Assembly (NCBI GenBank): GCA_964016885.1
Contig: OZ024745.1
Span: 5,208,001 to 5,272,000 of the forward strand
DNA: 64,000 nucleotides
Direction: 5' to 3'
Source: Eledone cirrhosa
Taxonomy: Eukaryota
Shown: piece by piece, positions 55,101 through 64,000 of the stretch
Numbering within the stretch: the stretch's first letter is position 1
How the letters are laid out: the number at the start of each line of letters is the position of its first letter
Notes under the pieces: generated by a model
The model's database searches: none
Told to the model about the DNA's origin: nothing
Seen by the model: only the letters and a program-made list of their open reading frames with translations
Made by a program: the position numbers and the translations under genes

Positions 55101-57900
55101 ATAGTAGGTAGATATAGTAGTATACTAGGTAGAGATACTAGTGTACTAGGGAGAGATAGTAGTATACTAGGTAGAGATAGTAGTATACTAGGTAGAGATG
55201 GTAGTATACTAGGTAGAGATAGTAGTATACTAGGTAGAGATAGCAGTATAGTAGGTAGATATAGTAGTATACTAGGTAGAGATAGTAGTATACTAGGTAG
55301 TGATAGTAGTATACTAGGTAGAGATAGTACTATACTAGGTAGAGATAGTAGTGTACTAGGGAGAGATAGTAGTATACTAGGTAGAGATAGTAGTATGCTA
55401 GGTAGAGATAGTAGTATACTAGGTAGAGATGGTAGTATACTAGGTAGAGATGGTAGTATACTAGGTAGAGATGGTAATATACTAGGTAGAGATAGTAGTA
55501 TACTAGGTAGAGATAGTACTATACTAGGTTGAGATAGCAGTATAGTAGGTAGATATAGTAGTATACTAGGTAGAGATAGTAGTATACTAAGTAGAGTTAG
55601 TAGTATACTAGGTAGAGATAGTAGTATACTAGGTAGAGATAGTAGTATACCAGGTAAAGATAGTAGTATACTAGGTAGATAGTAGTATACTAGGTATAGA
55701 TAGTAGTATACTAGTTAGAGATAGTACTATACTAGGTAGAGATAGCAGTATAGTAGGTAGATATAGTAGTATACTAGGTAGAGATACTAGTGTACTAGGG
55801 AGAGATAGTAGTATACTAGGTAGAGATAGTAGTATACTAGGTAGAGATGGTAGTATACTAGGTAGAGATAGTAGTATACTAGGTAGAGATAGCAGTATAG
55901 TAGGTAGATATAGTAGTATACTAGGTAGAGATAGTAGTATACTAGGTAGTGATAGTAGTATACTAGGTAGAGATAGTACTATACTAGGTAGAGGTAGTAG
56001 TGTACTAGGGAGAGATAGTAGTATACTAGGTAGAGATAGTAGTATACTAGGTAGAGATAGTAGTATACTAGGTAGAGATGGTACTATACTAGGTAGAGAT
56101 GGTAGTATACTAGGTAGAGATGGTAATATACTAGGTAGAGATAGTAGTATACTAGGTAGAGATAGTACTATACTAGGTAGAGATGGTAGTATACTAGGTA
56201 GAGATAGCAGTATAGTAGGTAGATATAGTAGTATACTAGGTAGAGATAGTAGTATACTAGGTAGAGTTAGTAGTATACTAGGTAGAGATAGTAGTATATT
56301 AGGTAGAGATACTAGTGTACTAGGGAGAGATAGTAGTATACTAGGTAGAGATAGTAGTATACTAGGTAGAGATAGTAGTATACTAGGTAGAGATAGTAGT
56401 ATACTAGGTAGAGATAGCAGTATAGTAGGTAGATATAGTAGTATACTAGGTAGAGATAGTAGTATACTAGGTAGTGATAGTAGTATACTAGGTAGAGATA
56501 GTACTATACTAGGTTGAGATAGTAGTATACTAGGCAGAGATAGTAGTATACTAGGTAGAGATAGTAGTATACTAGGTAGAGATAGTAGTATACTAGGTAG
56601 AGATGGTAGTATACTAGGTAGAGATGGTAGTATACTAGGTAGAGATGGTAATATTCTAGGTAGAGATAGTAGTATACTAGGTAGAGATAGTAGTATACTA
56701 AGTAGAGTTAGTAGTATACTAGGTGGAGATAGTAGTATACTAGGTAGTGATAGTAGTATACTAGGTAGAGATAGTAGTATACTAGGTAGAGATAGTAGTA
56801 TACTAGGTAGAGATAGCAGTATAGTAGGTAGATATAGTAGTATACTAGGTAGAGATAGTTGTATACTAGGCAGAGATAGTAGTATACTAGGTAGAGATAG
56901 TAGTATATTAGGTAGAGATAGTAGTATACTAGGTAGAGATAGTAGTATACTAGGTAGAGATAGTAGTATACTAGGTAGTGATAGTAGTATACTAGGTAGC
57001 GATAGTAGTATACTAGGTAGAAATAGTTGTATATGAGGTAACGATAGTAGTACACTAGGTAGTGATAGTAGTATACTAGTTAGGGATAGTAGTGTACTAG
57101 GTAGAGATAGTAGTATACAAGGTAGATAGTAGTATACTAGGTAGATATAGTAGTATACTAGGTAGAGATAGTAGTATACTAGGTAGAGATGGTAGTATAC
57201 TAGGAAGAGATAGTAGTATACTAGGTAGAGATATTAGTATACTAGGTAGAGATAGTAGTATACTAGGTAGAGATAGTAGTATACTAGGAAGAGATAGTAG
57301 TATACTAGGTAGAGATATTAGTATACTAGGTAGGGATAGTAGTGTACTAGGTAGAGATAGTACTATACTAGGTAGAGATGGTAGTATACTAGGTAGAGAT
57401 AGTAGTATACTAGGTAGATAGTAGTATACTAGGTAGATATAGTAGTATACTAGGTAGAGATAGTAGTGTACTAGGTAGAGATAGTAGTATACTAGGTAGA
57501 GATGGTAGTATACTAGGTAGAGATAGTATACTAGGTAGAGATGGTAGTATACTAGGGAGAGATAGTATACTAGGTAGAGATGGTAGTATACTAGGTAGAG
57601 ATAGTACTATACTAGGTAGAGATGGTAGTATACTAGGTAGAGTTAGTAGTATACTAGGTCGATATAGTAGTATACTAGGTAGAGATAGTAGTATGCTAGG
57701 TATAGATAGTAGTATACTAGGTAGAGATAGTAGTGTACTAGGGAGAGATAGTACTATACTAGGTAGAGATAGTAGTATACTAGGTAGAGATAGTAGTATA
57801 CTAGGTAGAGATAGTAGTGTACTAGGGAGAGATAGTAGTATACTAGGTAGAGATAGTAGTATACTAGGTAGAGATAATAGTATACTAGGTAGAGATAGTA
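43101..57900. repeat. Roughly 3.9-kb higher-order repeat array (3919 and 3898 bp, then a 5726-bp long form and a partial fourth copy)
   Basis: gatggtaatattctagg at 43101, 47020, 50918 and 56644. Near-identical 115-aa pseudo-ORFs at 43165, 47084, 50982 and 56708. 13-bp monomer at 44492, 48390 and 52104. Confidence 0.92.
54920..56180. repeat. 649-bp tandem duplication (31 monomers, one of them 19 bp)
   Basis: ccaggtaaagat at 55001 and 55650 with a matching downstream variant order. Only one copy in the homologous block near 42107. Confidence 0.85.
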
Positions 57901-59309
57901 GTATACTAGGTAGAGATAGTAGTATACTGGGTAGAGATAGTAGTATACTAGGTAGAGATAGTAGTATACTAGGTAGAGATAGTAGTATACTAGGTAGAGA
58001 TAGTAGTATACTAGTTAGAGATGGTAGTATACTAGGTAGAGTTAGTACTATACTAGGTAGAGATAGTAGTATACTAGGTAGAGATAGTACTATACTAGGT
58101 AGAGATAGTACTATACTAGGTAGAGATAGTACTATACTAGGTAGAGATGGTAATATACTAGGTAGAGATAGTAGTATACTAGGTAGAGATAGTAGTGTAC
58201 TACTGAGAGATAGTACTATACTAGGTAGATATAGTAGTATACTAGGTAGAGATAGTAGTATACTAGGTAGTGATAGTAGTATACTAGGTAGAGATAGTAG
58301 TATACTAGGTAGAAATAGTTGTATACGAGGTAACGATAGTAGTACACTAGGTAGTGATAGTAGTATACTAGGTAGTGATAGTAGTGTACTAGGTAGAGAT
58401 AGTAGTATACTAGGTAGATAGTAGTATACTAGGTAGATATAGTAGTATACTAGGTAGAGATAGTAGTATACTAGGTAGAGATGGTAGTATACTAGGTAGA
58501 GATAGTAGTATACTAGGAAGAGATAGTAGTATACTAGGTAGAGATAGTAGTATACTAGGTAGGGATAGTAGTGTACTAGGTAGAGATAGTACTATACTAG
58601 GTAGAGATGGTAGTATACTAGGTAGAGATAGTAGTATACTAGGTAGATAGTAGTATACTAGGTAGATATAGTAGTATACTAGGTAGAGATAGTAGTGTAC
58701 TAGGTAGAGATAGTAGTATACTAGGTAGAGATGGTAGTATACTAGGTAGAGATAGTATACTAGGTAGAGTTAGTAGTATACTAGGTAGAGATGGTAGTAT
58801 ACTAGGTAGAGATAGTACTATACTAGGTAGAGATGCTAGTATACTAGGTAGAGATGGTAGTATACTAGGTAGAGATAGTAGTATACTAGGTAGAGATAGT
58901 AGTGTACTAGGTAGAGATAGTACTATACTGGGTAGAGATAGTAGTATACTAGTTAGAGATAGTAGTATACTAGGTAGAGATAGTAGTATACTAGGTAGAG
59001 ATAGTAGTATACTAGGTAGAGATAATAGTATACTAGGTAGAGATAGTAGTATACTAGGTAGAGATAGTAGTGTACTAGGTAGAGATAGTAGTATACTAGG
59101 TAGAGATAGTAGTATACTAGGTAGAGATAATAGTATACTAGGTAGAGATAGTAGTATACTAGGTAGAGATAGTAGTATACTGGGTAGAGATAGTAGTATA
59201 CTAGGTAGAGATAGTAGTATACTAGGTAGAGATAGTAGTATACTAGGTAGAGATAGTAGTATACTAGTAGTATACTAGGTAGAGATAGTAGTATACTAGT
59301 TAGAGATGG

Positions 59310-62300
59310 TAGTATACTAGGTAGATATAGTAGTATACTAGGTAGAGATAGTAGTGTACTAGGTAGAGATAGTAGTATACTAGGTAGAGATGGTAGTATA
59401 CTAGGTAGAGATGCTAGTATACTAGGTAGAGATGGTAGTATACTAGGGAGAGATAGTATACTAGGTAGAGATGGTAGTATACTAGGTAGAGATAGTACTG
59501 TACTAGGTAGAGATGCTAGTATACTAGGTAGAGATAGTAGTATACTAGGTAGAGATAGTAGTGTACTAGGTAGAGATAGCACTATACTAGGTAGAGGTAG
59601 TAGTATACTAGTTAGAGATAGTAGTATACTAGGTAGAGATAGTAGTATACTAGGTAGAGATAGTAGTGTACTAGGTAGAGATAGTAGTATTCTAGGTATA
59701 GATAGTAGTATACTACGTAGAGATAGTACTATACTAGGTAGAGATAGTAGTATACCAGGTAGAGATAGTAGTATACTAGGTAGAGATAGTAGTATACTAG
59801 GTAGAGATAGTAGTATACTAGGTGGAGATAGTACTATACTAGGTAGAGATAGTAGTATACTAGGTAGAGTTAGTAGTATACTAGGTAGAGATAGTAGTAT
59901 ACTAATTAGAGATAGTAGTATACTAGGTAGAGATAGTAGTATACTAAGTAGAGTTAGTAGTATACTAGGTAGAGATAGTAGTATACTAGGTAGAGATAGT
60001 AGTATACCAGGTAGAGATAGTAGTATACTAGGTAGATAGTAGTATACTAGGTATAGATAGTAGTATACTAGGTAGAGATAGTAGTATACTAAGTAGAGTT
60101 AGTAGTATACTAGGGAGAGATAGTACTATACTAGGTAGAGATAGTAGTATACCAGGTAGAGATAGTAGTATACTAGGTAGAGATAGTAGTATACCAGGTA
60201 GAGATAGTAGTATACTAGGTAGATAGTAGTATACTAGGTATAGATAGTAGTATACTAGGTAGAGATAGTAGTGTACTAGGTAGAGATAGTAGTATACTAG
60301 GTATAGATAGTAGTATACTAGGTAGAGATAGTAGTGTACTAGGGAGAGATAGTACTATACTAGGTAGAGATAGTAGTATACTAGGTAGAGATAGTAGTAT
60401 ACTAGGTAGAGATAGTAGTGTACTAGGGCGAGATAGTAGTATACTAGGTAGAGATGGTAGTATACAAGGTAGAGATAATAGTATACTAGGTAGAGATAGT
60501 AGTATACTAGGTAGAGATAGTAGTATACTGGGTAGAGATAGTAGTATACTAGGTAGAGATAGTAGTATACTAGGTAGAGATAGTAGTATACTAGGTAGAG
60601 ATAGTAGTATACTAGGTAGAGATAGTAGTATACTAGGTAGAGATAGTAGTATACTAGTTAGAGATGGTAGTATACTAGGTAGAGTTAGTAGTATACTAGG
60701 TAGAGATAGTAGTATACTAGTTAGAGATAGTAGTATACTGGGTAGAGATAGTAGTATACTAGGTAGAGATAGTAGTATACTAGGTAGAGATAGTAGTATA
60801 CTAGGTAGAGATAGTAGTATACTAGGTAGAGATAGTATTATACTAGGTAGAGATATTACAATACTAGGGAGAGATCGTAGTATACTAGGTAGAGATAGTA
60901 GTATACTAGGTAGAGTTAGTAGTATACTAGGTAGAGATAGTATTATACTAGGTAGAGATATTACAATACTAGGGAGAGATCGTAGTATACTAGGTAGAGA
61001 TAGTAGTATACTAGGTAGAGTTAGTAGTATACTAGGTAGAGATAGTAGTATACTAGGTAGAGATAGTACTATACTAGGTAGAGATGGTAGTATACTAGGT
61101 AGAGATAGCAGTATAGTAGGTAGAGTTAGTAGTATACTAGGTAGAGATAGTAGTATACTAGGTAGAGTTAGTAGTATACTAGGTAGAGATAGTAGTATAC
61201 TAGGTAGAGATAGTAATATACTAGGTAGAGTTAGTAGTATACTAGGTAGAGATAGTAGTATACTAGGTAGAGATAGTAGTATACTAGGTAGAGTTAGTAG
61301 TATACTAGGTAGAGATAGTAGTATACTAGGTAGAGTTAGTAGTATACTAGGTAGAGATAGTAGTATACTAGGTAGAGATAGTACTATACTAGGTAGAGAT
61401 GGTAGTATACTAGGTAGAGATAGCAGTATAGTAGGTAGATATAGTAGTATACTAGGTAGAGATACTAGTGTACTAGGGAGAGATAGTAGTATACTAGGTA
61501 GAGATAGTAGTATACTAGGTAGAGATAGTAGTATACTAGGTAGAGATAGTAGTATACTAGGTAGAGATAGCAGTATAGTAGGTAGATATAGTAGTATACT
61601 AGGTAGAGATAGTAGTATACTAGGCAGAGATAGTAGTATACTAGTAGAGATAGTAGTATACTAGGTAGAGATAGTAATATACTAGGTAGAGATGGTAGTA
61701 TGCTAGGTAGAGATGGTAGTATACTAGGTAGAGATGGTAATATACTAGGTAGAGATAGTAGTATACTAGGTAGAGATAGTAGTATACTAGGTAGAGATAG
61801 TAGTATATTAGGTAGAGATAGTAGTGTACTAGGGAGAGATGGTAGTATACTAGGTAGAGATAGTACTATACTAGGTAGATATAGTAGTATACTAGGTACA
61901 GATAGTAGTATACTAGGCAGAAATAGTAGTATACTAGTAGAGATAGTACTATACTAGGTAGATATAGTAGTATACTAGGTAGAGATAGTAGTATACTAGG
62001 TAGAGATAGTAGTATACTAGGTAGTGATAGTAGTATACTAGGTAGAGATAGTAGTATACTAGGTAGAAATAGTTGTATACAAGGTAACGATAGTAGTACA
62101 CTAGGTTGTGATAGTAGTATACTAGGTAGGGATAGTAGTGTACTAGGTAGAGATAGTAGTATACTAGGTAGATAGTAGTATACTAGGTAGATATAGTAGT
62201 ATACTAGGTAGAGATAGTAGTATACGAGGTAGAGATGGTAGTATACTAGGTAGGGATAGTAGTGTACTAGGTAGAGATAGTACTATACTAGGTAGAGATG

Positions 62301-64000
62301 GTAGTATACTAGGTAGAGATAGTAGTATACTAGATAGATAGTAGTATACTAGGTAGATATAGTAGTATACTAGGTAGAGATAGTAGTGTACTAGGTAGAG
62401 ATAGTAGTATACTAGGTAGAGATAGTATACTAGGTAGAGTTAGTAGTATACTAGGTAGAGATAGTATACTAGGTAGAGTTAGTAGTATACTAGGTAGAGA
62501 TGGTAGTATACTAGGTAGAGATAGTACTATACTAGGTAGAGATGCTAGTATACTAGGTAGAGATGGTAGTATACTAGGTAGAGATAGTAGTATATTAGGT
62601 AGTGATAGAAGTGTACTAGCTAGAGATAGTACTATACTGGGTAGAGATAGTAGTATACTAGTTAGAGATAGTAGTATACTAGGTAGAGATAGTAGTATAC
62701 TAGGTAGAGATAGTAGTGTACTAGGTAGAGATAGTAGTATACTAGGTAGAGATGGTAGTATACTAGGTAGAGATAGTATACTAGGTAGAGATGGTAGTAT
62801 ACTAGGTAGAGATAGTACTATACTAGGTAGAGATGGTAGTATACTAGGTAGAGTTAGTAGTATACTAAGTAGATATAGTAGTATAACTAGGTAGAGATAG
62901 TAGTATGCTAGGTATAGATAGTAGTATACTAGGTAGAGATAGTAGTGTACTAGGGAGAGATAGTACTATACTAGGTAGAGATAGTAGTATACTAGGTAGA
63001 GATAGTAGTATACTAGGTAGAGATAGTAGTGTACTAGGGAGAGATAGTAGTATACTAGGTAGAGATAGTAGTATACTAGGTAGAGATAGTAGTATACTAG
63101 TAGTATACTAGGTAGAGATAGTAGTATACTAGTTAGAGATGGTAGTATACTAGGTAGAGTTAGTAGTATACTAGGTAGAGATAGTAGTATACTAGGTAGA
63201 GATATTACAATACTAGGGAGAGATAGTACTATACTAGGTAGAGATGGTAGTATACTAGGTAGAGATAGTAGTATACTAGGTAGAGTTAGTAGTATACTAG
63301 GTAGATATAGTAGTATACTAGGTAGAGATAGTAGTGTACTAGGTAGAGATAGTAGTATACTAGGTAGAGATGGTAGTATACTAGGTAGAGATGCTAGTAT
63401 ACTAGGTAGAGATGGTAGTATACTAGGGAGAGATAGTATACTAGGTAGAGATGGTAGTATACTAGGTAGAGATAGTACTGTACTAGGTAGAGATGCTAGT
63501 ATACTAGGTAGAGATAGTAGTATACTAGGTAGAGATAGTAGTGTACTAGGTAGAGATAGTACTATACTAGGTAGAGGTAGTAGTATACTAGTTAGAGATA
63601 GTAGTATACTAGGTAGAGATAGTAGTATACTAGGTAGAGATAGTAGTGTACTAGGTAGAGATAGTAGTATTCTAGGTATAGATAGTAGTATACTACGTAG
63701 AGATAGTACTATACTAGGTAGAGATAGTAGTATACCAGGTAGAGATAGTAGTATACTAGGTAGAGATAGTAGTATACTAGGTAGAGATAGTAGTATACTA
63801 GGTGGAGATAGTACTATACTAGGTAGAGATAGTAGTATACTAGGTAGAGTTAGTAGTATACTAGGTAGAGATAGTAGTATACTAATTAGAGATAGTAGTA
63901 TACTAGGTAGAGATAGTAGTATACTAAGTAGAGTTAGTAGTATACTAGGTAGAGATAGTAGTATACTAGGTAGAGATAGTAGTATACCAGGTAGAGATAG
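59310..64000. repeat. Duplicate blocks, offset 3980 bp (about 59310-60020 matches about 63290-64000)
   Basis: gatagtactgtact at 59491 and 63471. tactacgtag at 59711 and 63691. Confidence 0.88.
60830..61040. repeat. 105-bp (5-monomer) tandem duplication
   Basis: gatagtattatact...gatattacaatactagggagagatcgtag repeated, with gagatcgtag at 60871 and 60976. Confidence 0.85.

Larger units (their letters stand above)
1..64000. repeat. Tandem satellite DNA array, 21-bp monomer ACTAGGTAGAGATAGTAGTAT, about 3,000 head-to-tail copies, running off both window ends
   Basis: Every line consists of the 21-mer or 1-3 substitution/short-deletion variants of it. No inversion or non-repeat insertion seen. Confidence 0.99.
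33500..64000. repeat. Right subfamily domain, dominated by consensus monomers with its own diagnostic variants
   Basis: Fewer gatggt monomers. Variants gatattacaatactaggg, gatgctagt, the 20-bp actagtagagat, the 13-bp ggtagagatagta, actagggcgag and actaattagag were seen only here. gatagcagtatagtagg first appears at about 30.8 kb. Confidence 0.85.

Noticed and set aside
32190-56180. The same 649-bp offset in two separate duplications
   Set aside because: The blocks carry different variants. Offsets are quantised (31 x 21 - 2), so coincidence is likely.
1745-59582. Tyr-rich YYYLYLV ORFs
   Set aside because: This is the third open frame of the repeat. Identical copies only trace the higher-order duplications.
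1942-63111. Plus-strand ILGRDSS/ILGRDGS ORFs resembling beta-solenoid, hexapeptide or antifreeze-type repeats
   Set aside because: Same artefact. They overlap equally open antisense frames, are repeatedly frameshifted, and have no signal peptide or non-repeat termini.
1-64000. CRISPR array
   Set aside because: The repeats abut directly with no unique spacers, no leader and no cas genes.
1-64000. Telomerase-made telomeric tract (G-rich strand, TAGG core, unit length like the long repeats of Candida/Kluyveromyces)
   Set aside because: Inherited kb-scale variant patterns over 64 kb indicate recombinational amplification rather than templated addition, and TTAGG occurs only as a rare variant. 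A subtelomeric location is not excluded.
1-64000. G-quadruplex array
   Set aside because: There is only one GG per 21 bp and GGG variants are sparse, so no clustered G-tracts.
1-64000. Pure sequencing artefact or synthetic concatemer
   Set aside because: Rare variants recur in consistent, hierarchically nested order with copy-specific differences, as expected of an evolved array. Exact copy numbers of the near-identical units could still be misassembled.

Overview
The whole 64-kb window is one uninterrupted, single-orientation tandem satellite array of roughly 3,000 copies of a 21-bp monomer (consensus ACTAGGTAGAGATAGTAGTAT; 8A/6G/6T/1C, about 33% GC, extreme strand skew). The 10-bp palindrome TAGTATACTA spans each monomer junction. 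I see no unique sequence, genes, RNA genes, transposon insertions or CRISPR spacers. All listed ORFs (ILGRDSS, LPSILLS and YYYLYLV heptads) arise because 21 = 3 x 7 and three of the six frames have no stop codon. The information lies in the order of variant monomers. It shows two subfamily domains with a transition at about 30.8-33.5 kb, nested higher-order repeats (periods of 105, 231, 504/525, 649, about 1890, 1950, 2357, 2837, 3204, 3542, about 3900, 3980 and 4090 bp), mappable unequal-crossover deletions, older sequence flanking young expansions on both sides, and a CG/TG/CA allele trio suggesting CpG methylation. It is most consistent with eukaryotic heterochromatic satellite DNA (centromeric, pericentromeric or subtelomeric). 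The organism and function cannot be determined from the sequence, and I cannot support a novel protein-coding system here. Coordinates were read by eye from diagnostic variants, so block edges are approximate to about one monomer.
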